Virus record (IMG/VR): IMGVR_UViG_3300032219_002227
Coordinates: 64,001-128,000 of that record
DNA from: a virus
Taxonomy: Duplodnaviria > Caudoviricetes
Reading direction: 5' to 3' (one strand)
Length of the DNA: 64,000 nucleotides
The position numbers and the translations under genes were made by a program. Below, one piece after another: positions 47,027 through 57,766 of this stretch. The notes under the pieces are model-generated. The model was not told where the DNA came from. It made no database searches and worked only from the letters and a program-made list of their open reading frames with translations. The stretch's first letter is position 1; the number at the start of each line of letters is the position of its first letter.

Positions 47027-47541
47027 GAATAGGATTAGCAGGTACAATGAGTGTAGGTAAAACTACATTAGCTAAAGTATTAGGTGAATTAGAACAATTT
47101 AAAGATTATACTATACAAACTGAACGTAGTAAATATTTAAATAGTTTAGGTATTCCACTTAATACTGATTCTACATTACGTGGTCAATTCGTATTTCTAG
47201 CTGAACGTGCTAGTGAATTACTTGCTGATAATATTGTTACTGACAGAACAATTTGGGATGTATGTTCATTTACATTATCAGCAAAATCAATAAGTGATTC
47301 TGAAAAGCGCGCTTTTGTCGAAGCAGCTATGTATCTTAGAGAATATTATGATGTAGTGATTTATGTTTCTCCTAATGGTGTTAATATGGAAGATAATGGT
47401 ATTCGTGAAACTGATTTAGATTATCGCATGAAAATTGATACTGCTATTCAAATGGCATTAGAAGAATTTAAACCTAAAAAATTAATTAGTGTAGAGGGCT
47501 CAACTGAGCAAAGAATAAATACTATATTAGCAAATATTTAA
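47023..47541 (+). CDS. P-loop NMP-kinase/NadR-like ATPase
   Basis: GTMSVGKTT, DRT..D, EDNGIR. Confidence 0.8.
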   Translation: MRIGLAGTMSVGKTTLAKVLGELEQFKDYTIQTERSKYLNSLGIPLNTDSTLRGQFVFLAERASELLADNIVTDRTIWDVCSFTLSAKSISDSEKRAFVEAAMYLREYYDVVIYVSPNGVNMEDNGIRETDLDYRMKIDTAIQMALEEFKPKKLISVEGSTEQRINTILANI

Positions 47542-47546
47542 AAGTT

Positions 47547-48716
47547 ATGGATATAATAAATGATATAAGCAAAGTTGCAAAACAACTTATGTTAAAGGAA
47601 CCTTTTTACGGAGTTTTTCTCTCAACATTAAACAAAAAAGTAGGTACGACTACTCCTACCGCTGGTGTTTGTTTAAATAACATTAATTATGAATTAATTG
47701 TTAATGAAGAGTTTTGGAACTCATTAGATAATGATAATAAAAAAATAGGATTACTTAAGCATGAATTATTACATATTTGTTTTAATCATTTGATTGATCG
47801 AGAAAATTATCCCGATCATATTTTACATAATATTGCTGCTGATATTGAAATAAATCAATATATAGACCCACAATATTATCCAACAGATCAACTTCTTCTC
47901 CCATCATCATTTCCAGAATTAAGTTTACCTGATAAAATGGGTACTAAATTCTATTATGATGCTTTAAATAAAGCTAAACAAGATGGTAGTAGCCCAACAT
48001 TAGATGGTATGCTAGATGATGATTTTCATTCAACTTGGGGAGAATTTGAATCATTATCTGAAGCAGATAAAAAATTAGTTAAAGCTCAAATCGACCATCA
48101 AATAAAAAGTATAGTAGAGTCTCAAAAAGATAGTGGTAGAGGTTTTGTACCGAATGAATTAAAAAATTATATTGATGGTTTATTTGAAATAATACCACCA
48201 TCATATGATTGGAGATCATATTTTAGAAGATTCTTTAGTTCATCCTCTAAAGTATATACTAAAAAAACACGCCGTAAATTAAATAAACGTTTCCAAGAAA
48301 ACCCAGCATTAAAAATAAAGCCAAAAAAGAAAGTATTAGTTGGGATAGATACTTCAGGATCAGTTGGTGAAAATGATATAAAGGAATTCTTTAATGAATT
48401 ACATCACATGCATAAAACAGGAGTATCAATTAATGTAGCAGAAGGGGATGCAAAAGTTCATAAAGTATATGAATACAGAGGAATGACTCCTGAATATATT
48501 ACAGGTAGAGGTGGTACAAATATGGATGTTTTTATAGACTATATAAATGAACATCGTGAATATAATAGTTTAATAATATTAACTGATGGATTTATAGGTA
48601 AAAGAGAATCCAAATCATTCAAACCAGTATTAACTGTAGTAAGTTCTAATGGTGAAAAATTAGAAACAGTAGTAGAAAATGAATGGGGAAATGTTATCAA
48701 GATAAATAAAAAATAA
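47547..48716 (+). CDS. Metallopeptidase + vWA protein (DUF2201-like)
   Basis: LKHELLH, NIAAD.EIN, IDTSGS MIDAS, GRGGT, LTDG. Confidence 0.85.
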   Translation: MDIINDISKVAKQLMLKEPFYGVFLSTLNKKVGTTTPTAGVCLNNINYELIVNEEFWNSLDNDNKKIGLLKHELLHICFNHLIDRENYPDHILHNIAADIEINQYIDPQYYPTDQLLLPSSFPELSLPDKMGTKFYYDALNKAKQDGSSPTLDGMLDDDFHSTWGEFESLSEADKKLVKAQIDHQIKSIVESQKDSGRGFVPNELKNYIDGLFEIIPPSYDWRSYFRRFFSSSSKVYTKKTRRKLNKRFQENPALKIKPKKKVLVGIDTSGSVGENDIKEFFNELHHMHKTGVSINVAEGDAKVHKVYEYRGMTPEYITGRGGTNMDVFIDYINEHREYNSLIILTDGFIGKRESKSFKPVLTVVSSNGEKLETVVENEWGNVIKINKK

Positions 48717-48764
48717 GGCGGTCGAGACTCTTATTTTAAATTTAAATCATTAAAAAATTAAGTT

Positions 48765-49949
48765 ATGTCAAATAAAACAAAACAGGTTTCGCTCAACGTT
48801 AATGAAACAAAAACGTTTCTTAAACACATTATTAACAATAATCGTTTTCTACAATCTAATAGTAAACCACCAGTTGCTGTTGAAGTAGTAGGAGATTCAG
48901 GTATTGGTAAAACATCAACTATTATTCAATTAGCAAATGAATTGGATCTTAACTTTGTTAAACTAAATCTTGCTCAAATTGAAGAACTAGGTGACTTGGT
49001 TGGTTTTCCAATTCGTCAATTTGAAGTATGTAAAGATACAAATGATTGTATTTGGATTGATGAACATGCTGTAGACGAATATACAAAACAAGGATATAGA
49101 TTTACTGGTCAAAATCGTATGAGTTATTGTCCACCTGAATGGATTAGTGGTAAATCAAATGGTGGTATATTGTTATTAGATGACTGGAATCGCGCTGATG
49201 TTAGGTTTATTCAAGCTGTAATGGAACTAATAGATAGACAACAATATATTAGTTGGTCTCTACCTAAAGATTGGCATATTATTCTTACAAGTAATCCTGA
49301 TAATGGTGAATATTTAGTTAATAGTATAGATAACGCCCAAAAAACACGATTTATATCTATTAATCTTAAATTTGATATTAATTGTTGGGGTGAATGGGCT
49401 GAGAATAGTCAAATAGATAATAGATGTATTAATTTTCTTCTTAGACATCCCGAATTAGTTAGTACAAATACTAATTCTAGAAGTATTACAACATTTTTTA
49501 ATTCAATATCTTCATTATCTTCATTTGATTCTGAACTAGGTCTTATTCAAATGATCGGAGAAGGTAGTGTCGGACCTGAATTCACTACTATGTTTACAAT
49601 GTTTATCAATAATAAACTTGATAAAATTATATCTCCAGAGACTATTATGACACACGAAAGTTTAGATTATATTATTAATACCTTAAAAGGAATTATAGGT
49701 AAAGATAAAGAATATCGTGCAGATCTAGCATCTATTATTTCAACTCGTATTATAAACTTTAGTTTGTTTTTTGCTAAAAATAATAAAATTGAAAAAAGTT
49801 TTATAGATAGATTAGCATCACTTATTAATGAAGAATTGTTTGCTGTAGATTTGAAATATAATATTGTCAAATCAATTTATAATGGTAATCAATCCTCGTT
49901 TAAAAGTTTGACTTTAAATAAAACACTTCTTAATTTTATAATTAAATAA
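48765..49949 (+). CDS. MoxR-like AAA+ ATPase
   Basis: GDSGIGKT, GDLVGFP, LLLDDWNRA, TSNP, DNAQKTRF. Confidence 0.85.
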   Translation: MSNKTKQVSLNVNETKTFLKHIINNNRFLQSNSKPPVAVEVVGDSGIGKTSTIIQLANELDLNFVKLNLAQIEELGDLVGFPIRQFEVCKDTNDCIWIDEHAVDEYTKQGYRFTGQNRMSYCPPEWISGKSNGGILLLDDWNRADVRFIQAVMELIDRQQYISWSLPKDWHIILTSNPDNGEYLVNSIDNAQKTRFISINLKFDINCWGEWAENSQIDNRCINFLLRHPELVSTNTNSRSITTFFNSISSLSSFDSELGLIQMIGEGSVGPEFTTMFTMFINNKLDKIISPETIMTHESLDYIINTLKGIIGKDKEYRADLASIISTRIINFSLFFAKNNKIEKSFIDRLASLINEELFAVDLKYNIVKSIYNGNQSSFKSLTLNKTLLNFIIK

Positions 49950-49957
49950 TAAAGGTT

Positions 49958-50965
49958 ATGTATAAAGAAATAACTAGTATAGTACAATCAAATTATGGTA
50001 TAAACAGTAATATTACTAAAACTATAAGTCCTAGTACTTCTTGGAGAGCGGTGAGTAGTCTAAAGTATATTACTAGAGAAATGATTGAAAAGTATAAAAA
50101 TATATACCAAAAAAACGCAAATAATAAATTACAAAATAATTCTACAGTACATTTTAGTCCATTATCTAACTTACCTCGATACAAATATAATAATTATATT
50201 GAAGAGAATAAATTAAATATTAAAAAAGTAAGAACTAAAGATAAAATAGATTCTTTAATAATTAGTAATACTCTAATAAATGAATATTATTTTAGTAATA
50301 TAAATACTAGAAAATACTATCTAGTACCACTATCATTATTAAGTATAAAAGAAAGTGAAAGAATTACTTCTTATTTTGTTAGAGAAGATCGAGTAGAAGA
50401 AGTTAAACAAGTTTCACCTCCATTGTATCAACAGCTAATTGAATGTCCTTCATTTACAGGAAGTATTATTGCTGATGGTTGGGGTACTACTCAAGGTTAT
50501 GCATTATTTGAATATTTTTCAACTCTTATTAATAACTATGATTTATCATCTTACAATATAATTTTTGATGAATCTATTAATAAAGAAATTAATCAAGGTT
50601 TAGTTATAGATATTGATACTTTTGACACACTATATAATATGCTGGCTAGTACTAATAAAGATAATTGGTCTTTAGCTTTAGAAATGATTGCTAATTGTGA
50701 TATTGAAGCTTCAAAACCTTATATATTATATTTAATATGGAATTTTGATTATTTGAAAAAGTTCAATAATAATAATAATTATAAATTTTGTTTAAAACTT
50801 TTAGATAAATATAGAAATATATATCATTCATCAACAATTGAAAAATTTATATCAAATCTAATCATAGTCAACCCAGAATTTAAACAAGATATATTTAATT
50901 GTTTTAAAATGCATATAAATGCGATAAATAAAAAGAATATTATACAGGAAATCAATGTTCTTTAA
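49958..50965 (+). CDS. Hypothetical protein, third gene of vWA/MoxR operon
   Basis: ORF; MLASTNKDNWSLALEMIANC. Confidence 0.65.
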   Translation: MYKEITSIVQSNYGINSNITKTISPSTSWRAVSSLKYITREMIEKYKNIYQKNANNKLQNNSTVHFSPLSNLPRYKYNNYIEENKLNIKKVRTKDKIDSLIISNTLINEYYFSNINTRKYYLVPLSLLSIKESERITSYFVREDRVEEVKQVSPPLYQQLIECPSFTGSIIADGWGTTQGYALFEYFSTLINNYDLSSYNIIFDESINKEINQGLVIDIDTFDTLYNMLASTNKDNWSLALEMIANCDIEASKPYILYLIWNFDYLKKFNNNNNYKFCLKLLDKYRNIYHSSTIEKFISNLIIVNPEFKQDIFNCFKMHINAINKKNIIQEINVL

Positions 50966-50976
50966 TATTTATTTAC

Positions 50977-51444
50977 ATGAGCAAACCAAAAACCATAGTT
51001 CTATTAAGTTGTGTTGCAACAAAATTACCAAAACCAGCACCAGCTCGTGAACTTTATGCATCACCTTTATTTAAACGTTCATTAGAATATGCATTATCGT
51101 TAAATCCTGATGATATTTTAATATTATCTGCTAAATATTATGTGATTCCTTTAGACAAAGTAATTTCACCTTATGATAAGACATTGATAAACATGCCTAA
51201 AGAAGAAGTGAATGAGTGGGGTGTTAAAGTTTTAAATATTTTAGCTAATAAGTACGACTTAGAACATGATAAATTCATAATTTTAGCCGGAGAAAAATAC
51301 AGAAAATATATTACTCCTCAAATAAAACATTGGACTGCTCCATTAAAAGGATTAAGAATTGGAGAACAGTTATCATGGTATGTTAAAAAACTAGCTAAAA
51401 AAGTGAAAGAGGGCTTTATTAAATTATTAAATTTATTAAAATAA
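50977..51444 (+). CDS. DUF6884-like protein
   Basis: LLSC..K...PARELY.SPLF...ILSAKY...PYD...LAG..Y...PLKGLRIGEQL. Confidence 0.75.
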   Translation: MSKPKTIVLLSCVATKLPKPAPARELYASPLFKRSLEYALSLNPDDILILSAKYYVIPLDKVISPYDKTLINMPKEEVNEWGVKVLNILANKYDLEHDKFIILAGEKYRKYITPQIKHWTAPLKGLRIGEQLSWYVKKLAKKVKEGFIKLLNLLK

Positions 51445-51683
51445 TGTCAAAACTAAATAAAATAATTGAACGCTATAAAGATGATGCAGATCATTTTGAT
51501 GATTTTGATGATTCAATTATAGGTGAAGTACTAGATAAATTAAATGAATCTTTATCAGTGTTAAAAGAAAACGATAACGCTGGCTATGCCCGTGCTATAA
51601 AAGAATATACAAATTCTCTTAATGGGGAGCGTAAAGAAGTTATGGAAGATTTTATAGAATATTCTAAACATTATAATAAATGA
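51444..51683 (+). CDS. Hypothetical protein
   Basis: Coupled ORF. Confidence 0.6.
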   Translation: MSKLNKIIERYKDDADHFDDFDDSIIGEVLDKLNESLSVLKENDNAGYARAIKEYTNSLNGERKEVMEDFIEYSKHYNK

Positions 51684-52630
51684 AAAAATTACAACTCCAA
51701 AATTTAATTAAAGAAGCAATCCAAGAAATATTAGGTGAAAATTTAAAACAAGATGCTAGACAAAAGAAGTTAGTAGCTATTGATGCTGAAATTAAAGCAC
51801 TCCAAGGTGATAAAGTAAATATTACTACTGGCAAAGACGATATAGGAGAATCTCGTGGTCCTATTAAATTCAAACTAGCTGATGATTACGAAAATAAAAT
51901 ATCAGAATTACCATACAATAGCTCTGAAAAGAGAATGAGATGGGTCAACGGTATTGTTGATTATGTAGAGGAAAATGGAGCAGACGATATTACCACTATC
52001 GCTAGAAAAAAGTTTAATGTTCCTCAACCACGCATAGCTGACTATGCTAGGGATATGATTAGACTTGGAATTCTAGTTCCTGAAACTGAAGGAGTAACAC
52101 CTCAATTTATGAGACCTAGAGGTGAAGAAGACGAAGAATCACAAGCAGACCTAGGCCCAGAAGGTGGTATAGAAGGAAATATGAGTGATGAAGAAGTTGA
52201 TGCTTCATTTGCAAAAACAATGGCTAGTCAAAATGATGACTTTATTGATCTTCAAGCTACTCAAAGAGCAGCAGGCAGTAGACAATCTGCAGCTAAGACT
52301 TCTTCTATGTCAGATGAAGAACGTAAAGCTTGGATGCGTTATCAAGACTTAGAAACACGCTTAAGAGGAGTTGCCAGTAACTTAAATAGAGGATCTCGTA
52401 GTAAAAATAAACCAAGTGGTGATGATATTCAAGGTGGAGGTTCGCTATATAATATACCAAGTTTGAAAGATCTTCAAACCAGGATAAAAGATGAAATGAC
52501 AGCTATTGCTTCTAAATTTCCATCAGTTGTAAAAGGTGATAAAGATTCTAAAAATGAAGCTTCAAAAGCAGAACCATTAGATGAATGGACAATTAATAGA
52601 ATGCAGTATTATGCTGGTATTAAAAAATAA
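51680..52630 (+). CDS. Doubly tagged putative head-internal protein
   Basis: N-term LQNLIKEAIQEILGE; C-term INRMQYYAGIKK. Confidence 0.7.
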   Translation: MKKLQLQNLIKEAIQEILGENLKQDARQKKLVAIDAEIKALQGDKVNITTGKDDIGESRGPIKFKLADDYENKISELPYNSSEKRMRWVNGIVDYVEENGADDITTIARKKFNVPQPRIADYARDMIRLGILVPETEGVTPQFMRPRGEEDEESQADLGPEGGIEGNMSDEEVDASFAKTMASQNDDFIDLQATQRAAGSRQSAAKTSSMSDEERKAWMRYQDLETRLRGVASNLNRGSRSKNKPSGDDIQGGGSLYNIPSLKDLQTRIKDEMTAIASKFPSVVKGDKDSKNEASKAEPLDEWTINRMQYYAGIKK

Positions 52631-52633
52631 TTT

Positions 52634-53305
52634 ATGAAAAATTTAGCGTTTGTTTTAGTTATAGTAATTTTGTTAGCTTGGGTTTTTGTAGGCAAATGTA
52701 ATTATAATGGTTTAAGTTCTGAATTTAAAGCAAAACAAGATAGTTTAAATCATACTGTGGATTCTTTAAAAGAAGATAATCATCAAAAAGACTTACAAAT
52801 AGGTGCTTTAGAACATCTTGATTATGATTTACAATATCAATTAGATCATCAAAAAACTAAAGTAATTACTATTACTAAATGGATTGATTCATCTAAAGGT
52901 AAAGTTGATACTTATTCTGAAGCAGAACTTATTACTTCATTTAATAATCGCTACCCAGAAGACACTATTACTAATCCACTTCCATTAGCACAACCCTTAT
53001 TAGTTAATGTTGCTAAAGATTTGATTGAATTAGATGGTGCTAAACAAACATTAGTAGTAAAAGATAGTGTTATAGTCTTAAATGAAAAAAGAATAGTAGG
53101 TAAAGATAGTGTTATAGTACTATTAAAAGAAAAAGATACTAATAACCAAGTAGTAATAACAGCACGCGAAAATCAAATCAAAGACTGGCAAGACCAATAC
53201 AAACAAATTGAACTCCAGAATAAAAAACTTAAAATACAAAATAAATTTACTAAAATAGGAACTGGAATTGTGATAGGAGGATTAGTATTTTTATTGATTA
53301 AGTAA
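52634..53305 (+). CDS. Spanin-like protein (N-terminal signal, coiled coil, C-terminal hydrophobic anchor)
   Basis: Hydrophobic N-terminus ending in Cys; C-terminal IGTGIVIGGLVFLLIK. Confidence 0.5.
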   Translation: MKNLAFVLVIVILLAWVFVGKCNYNGLSSEFKAKQDSLNHTVDSLKEDNHQKDLQIGALEHLDYDLQYQLDHQKTKVITITKWIDSSKGKVDTYSEAELITSFNNRYPEDTITNPLPLAQPLLVNVAKDLIELDGAKQTLVVKDSVIVLNEKRIVGKDSVIVLLKEKDTNNQVVITARENQIKDWQDQYKQIELQNKKLKIQNKFTKIGTGIVIGGLVFLLIK

Positions 53306-53327
53306 CCTTTTGCATACCCCATACATC

Positions 53328-53356
53328 AGCCTGATCGATAAGATCAGGCTTTTTTT
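53328..53356 (+). terminator. Intrinsic terminator
   Basis: AGCCTGATC-GATAA-GATCAGGCT then T-run. Confidence 0.8.
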
Positions 53357-53370
53357 ATATATTTATATAC

Positions 53371-54951
53371 ATGAGTCAAACGCAAATCAAGGAAATAATT
53401 AAGCAGGAATATTTAAAGTGTGCAGTTGATCCTGTACATTTTTTCCGCAAATATTGTTATATTAACCATCCAATCAAAGGAAGAGTATTATTTCATCTAT
53501 ATCCATTTCAGCAAGAAGTATTAAATGATTTTAGAAATAATCGTTTTTGTATTATTAATAAATCAAGACAGTTAGGTATATCAACGTTAGTAGCTGGTTT
53601 TTCTTTATGGATGATGTTATTTCAAAAAGATAAAACAATACTTTGTATTGCAACAAAGCAAGAAACAGCTAGAGGAATGGTTGAGAAAGTACAATTTATG
53701 TATGAAAATCTTCCTAGCTGGTTAAAAGGTAATCAAAAACCTATATCAAATAACAAATTATCATTTAAGTTAGCTAATAATTCTCAAATAGTAGCTACAT
53801 CAGCAGCATCAGATGCAGGTAGATCTTACGCAGTATCTTTACTATTGATGGATGAGGCTGCATTTATTGAAGGTGTAGATAGAATCTATACGAGTATTAA
53901 ACCAACAATTGCAACCGGTGGAGGAGCAATTGCATTATCTTCTCCAAACGGTGTAGGTAATTGGTTTCATAGAATGTATTCTGAAGCTAAAATAGGTAAA
54001 AATGACTTTAAAGCAATTAAGTTGCCTTGGAGTCTCCACCCAGACCGAGATGAAGCTTGGGAGCAAAGAGAAAGAGCAAACATGTCACCTAGAGAATTCG
54101 CTCAGGAGTATGATTGTGACTTTTTAGGTTCTGGTAATTCGGTAGTTGAACCTGATTTATTATTATTCTATGAAGAAACTTATATTCAAGAGCCTGTGGA
54201 ACGTCGTTTTATGGGCGGTGATTTTTGGATATGGCAGTATCCTGATTATAGTAAGCAGTATCTTGTTTGCGCTGACGTTGCTCGTGGTGATGGCAGCGAT
54301 TATTCTGCATTTCACGTTATTGATGCAACAACGTGTGAGCAAGTGGCTGAGTACAAGTCCCAAGTGGATACTCGTACTTATGGAAATATGCTGGTATCTG
54401 TTGCTGCTGAGTATAATAATGCCTTACTGGTTGTGGAAAACGCAAACGTTGGGTGGGATGTTGTTAATACCATAATAGAAAAAAATTATCCTAAATTATA
54501 TTATTCACCTCGTGCTTATGGTGAAATGAGTATGGATAAATGGTTAGATAAAATGGATAAAGAACAAACAGTTCCTGGTTTTACTACATCAACTAAAACA
54601 AGACCTCTTGTTATCTCTAAAATGGAGTCGTATATTCGAGAGAAGGCTTTTATATTTCGTTCTAAACGTTTATTAGAGGAATTACGAGTATTTATCTGGC
54701 AAAACGGAAAAGCACAAGCACAGAATGGATATAACGATGATTTAGTAATGTCATTAGGAATTGGTTTATTTACTAGAGATACAGCAATGAAATTCTACGA
54801 ACAAGGAATGGATTTATCTAGAAATATGCTAGCTAGTGTTACTAAAACAGGCTATGTAGCCGGTCCAACTGCACCTTCAGGAATTTTAAATCCATATATG
54901 ATCAATGATGGACATGGGGGGTTTGAAGACATATCGTGGGTGCTAAGTTAA
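53371..54951 (+). CDS. gp17: Terminase large subunit
   Basis: LYPFQ, KSRQLGIST, LLMDEAAF, SSPNG, FAQEYDC, ADVARG.G.DYS, DDLVM. Confidence 0.95.
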   Translation: MSQTQIKEIIKQEYLKCAVDPVHFFRKYCYINHPIKGRVLFHLYPFQQEVLNDFRNNRFCIINKSRQLGISTLVAGFSLWMMLFQKDKTILCIATKQETARGMVEKVQFMYENLPSWLKGNQKPISNNKLSFKLANNSQIVATSAASDAGRSYAVSLLLMDEAAFIEGVDRIYTSIKPTIATGGGAIALSSPNGVGNWFHRMYSEAKIGKNDFKAIKLPWSLHPDRDEAWEQRERANMSPREFAQEYDCDFLGSGNSVVEPDLLLFYEETYIQEPVERRFMGGDFWIWQYPDYSKQYLVCADVARGDGSDYSAFHVIDATTCEQVAEYKSQVDTRTYGNMLVSVAAEYNNALLVVENANVGWDVVNTIIEKNYPKLYYSPRAYGEMSMDKWLDKMDKEQTVPGFTTSTKTRPLVISKMESYIREKAFIFRSKRLLEELRVFIWQNGKAQAQNGYNDDLVMSLGIGLFTRDTAMKFYEQGMDLSRNMLASVTKTGYVAGPTAPSGILNPYMINDGHGGFEDISWVLS

Positions 54952-54982
54952 CAAATATTTATACATATAAACAACAATTATA

Positions 54983-56875
54983 ATGGCAGAAAATCAACCA
55001 AATTTTGGTTTATTTGATAGGCTAAGAAGATTATTCAGTACAGACGTTATCATTAGAAATGTTGGTGGAAATCAACTTAGAACAGTTGATATCGATAAAA
55101 TTCAAGCCTACGGCAACGTAAAGACCAACGCTCTTATAGATAGATTTACAAAACTTCATCGCTATGGCGCTAACATGCCATATAACCCAACGATGAACTA
55201 CCAAACACTTCGTATCCAGTTATACACTGATTATGAAGCAATGGATACAGAATCAATCATAGCATCTACTCTTGATATTATTTCCGATGAATCTACTTTA
55301 AAGAACGAAGCTGGAGAAGTATTACAAATTAAATCTTCAGATGAAAATGTTCAGCGTATTCTCTATAATTTATTCTATGATGTATTAAACATCGAGTTTA
55401 ACTTATGGTTATGGATTCGCAATATGTGTAAATATGGTGATTTTTACTTACATCTTGATATTGCTGATAAATTTGGAGTATATAATGTAGTACCATTATC
55501 TGTTTATGATATGGTTCGTGAAGAAGGAGTTGATCCTAAAAATCCATCTTTAGTACGTTTTAGAATTGATCCAATGGTAATTTCAAACGGCGGGATGAAT
55601 TATGCTGATTATGAAAAAGATAAAGAAGGTAAAATTACATTCGATAACTACGAAATAGCTCACTTCAGGTTATTAACTGATGCTAACTATCTCCCATATG
55701 GTAGATCATATATTGAACCAGCACGTAAAACTTATAAACAATACGTACTAATGAAAGACGCGATGTTGTTACATCGCATCACTCGTGCTCCAGAAAAGCG
55801 CGTATTTACTGTAAACGTAGGTAATATTCCACCAAATGAAGTTGACGGATTCATGCAGAAAATAATGCAGAAGATGAAGAAAACTCCATATATTGATCAA
55901 CAAACTGGTGAGTATAATTTGCGTTATAATATGATGAACATGATGGAGGATTATTATCTTCCAACTCGTGGCAATGATACCGCAACTAAGATTGATACAA
56001 TTAAAGGTCTTGAATATAATGCAATTGAAGACGTAGCATTTTTACGTGATGAAATGTTAGCTGCGCTTAAAGTACCTAAAGCATTTTTTGGATTTGAAAA
56101 AGATTTGCAAGGTAAAGCTACATTAGCTGCTGAAGATATTCGCTTTGCTCGTACAGTAGAACGCATTCAGCGTATTGCTATTTCTGAATTATATAAAATA
56201 GCACTTGTGCATTTATATGTTCAAGGATATGATGGTGAAGCATTAGCTAATTTTGAACTTTCATTAACTACTCCATCTGTTATATACGAACAAGAGAAAG
56301 TAGCGTTATGGAAAGAAAAAATTGACTTAGCTAAATCAGTACAAGATACTAACCTAATGCCTTCAGATTGGATTTATCATAATGTATTCCAATTTAGTGA
56401 AGACCAATATGATGAAATGCGTGACTTAGTAATTGAAGATAAAAAACGCGTATTCCGTTTAGCTCAAATTGAAAACGAAGGTAACGACCCAGCTAAAACT
56501 GGTAGATCATTTGGTACACCACACGATTTAGCAGCATTGTATGGTAAAGGGAGAGCAGGAATGGATACAAATAGTCCTGTCCCTGCAGGATATGATGAAA
56601 AGAAACCAGGTCGTCCTAAAGAAAAAGCATCTATTATTGGAACTCAACGCGATCCATTAGGTAAAGATAGAACAGGTAAAATAGCAAATAATACTACATC
56701 AACACCAAACGAAACTGGAGAAGGTACACCTAAAGGGGGTTCACCTCTTGCATTAACTGAGTTGAAAAAACATAAAGGACTATTTAAAGGATTTAATGTA
56801 GTTCGTAAAGAATTATCTATAGAACCTATTCAGGAATCGTCATTATTAGACGAAAAAAATATCAAGAACATATAA
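54983..56875 (+). CDS. gp20: Portal protein
   Basis: RITRAPEKRVF..VGN.P, MEDYYLP.RG, ALKVP. Confidence 0.95.
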   Translation: MAENQPNFGLFDRLRRLFSTDVIIRNVGGNQLRTVDIDKIQAYGNVKTNALIDRFTKLHRYGANMPYNPTMNYQTLRIQLYTDYEAMDTESIIASTLDIISDESTLKNEAGEVLQIKSSDENVQRILYNLFYDVLNIEFNLWLWIRNMCKYGDFYLHLDIADKFGVYNVVPLSVYDMVREEGVDPKNPSLVRFRIDPMVISNGGMNYADYEKDKEGKITFDNYEIAHFRLLTDANYLPYGRSYIEPARKTYKQYVLMKDAMLLHRITRAPEKRVFTVNVGNIPPNEVDGFMQKIMQKMKKTPYIDQQTGEYNLRYNMMNMMEDYYLPTRGNDTATKIDTIKGLEYNAIEDVAFLRDEMLAALKVPKAFFGFEKDLQGKATLAAEDIRFARTVERIQRIAISELYKIALVHLYVQGYDGEALANFELSLTTPSVIYEQEKVALWKEKIDLAKSVQDTNLMPSDWIYHNVFQFSEDQYDEMRDLVIEDKKRVFRLAQIENEGNDPAKTGRSFGTPHDLAALYGKGRAGMDTNSPVPAGYDEKKPGRPKEKASIIGTQRDPLGKDRTGKIANNTTSTPNETGEGTPKGGSPLALTELKKHKGLFKGFNVVRKELSIEPIQESSLLDEKNIKNI

Positions 56876-56911
56876 TAAATACATATTTATAGTTAGTGTA
56901 CACTATTTCAT

Positions 56912-57766
56912 ATGAAAATCAAACACAGTAAGTTTAAAAATACAGGTATCTTATTTGAGCTATTGGTTCGCCAAATTGCTTCTGATACTGTATCTAATAA
57001 AGATTCTGCTGCTATTGGATTAGTTAAAAAATATTTTGGCAAATCCGAGTTAGCTAAAGAATATAAATTATACCAAACATTAGTATCTCCTAAATCATTA
57101 AGTGAAGCTAAAGCTGAATCGTTTATTAATGTAACGCTTGAAGCTTCTTTACGTTTAAATAAAACAGCTTTACGTAAAGAAAAATACAACTTAATTAAGG
57201 AAATACGTGAGCATTATAATATTGAAGACTTCTTCAAAGCCAAAATCAATAACTATTCACAGCATGCTGCTGTATATAATTTAATTGAAGCTCATAATTC
57301 ACTCGAATTCATAGCACCTCAGCAAATTATTGAAAATAAGATTACATTATTAGAGCATATTACACGTAAAGAAGTTGATAAGGAAGGTGTTAAGGATCGC
57401 GTAATGGAAGAATATCTTAAAATGGATAAAGGCTCTCGCATATTAGCTTATCGTGTTTTATTAGAAAAGTTTAACAACAAGTACTCTACTTTATCTGATC
57501 GCCAAAAATTAATATTAAAAGAATTTATTAATAATATCACTAATACAACTAAATTACGTGAATTTGTTAATACTAATTTTAAAACTATTACTGAAGAAAT
57601 TACCCAGTTAATCCCTTCAGTAGCTGACAAGACTACTCAGATTAAATTAGCTGAAGTAACTAATTTACTTCAACCATTAGATAAAAATCAAACTGTAAAA
57701 GATGAAAATATTATTTCATTATTGCAGTATTATCAATTGATTGAAGAATTAAAAGCAGTTAAATAA
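56912..57766 (+). CDS. Conserved head-cluster protein
   Basis: KHSKFKNTGILFELL; between portal and protease. Confidence 0.75.
   Translation: MKIKHSKFKNTGILFELLVRQIASDTVSNKDSAAIGLVKKYFGKSELAKEYKLYQTLVSPKSLSEAKAESFINVTLEASLRLNKTALRKEKYNLIKEIREHYNIEDFFKAKINNYSQHAAVYNLIEAHNSLEFIAPQQIIENKITLLEHITRKEVDKEGVKDRVMEEYLKMDKGSRILAYRVLLEKFNNKYSTLSDRQKLILKEFINNITNTTKLREFVNTNFKTITEEITQLIPSVADKTTQIKLAEVTNLLQPLDKNQTVKDENIISLLQYYQLIEELKAVK

Noticed and set aside
54146-54475. Alternative-frame ORF and slightly higher GC inside terminase (intron or overprinted gene)
   Set aside because: The terminase frame is continuous with all motifs; no intron or intein signature.
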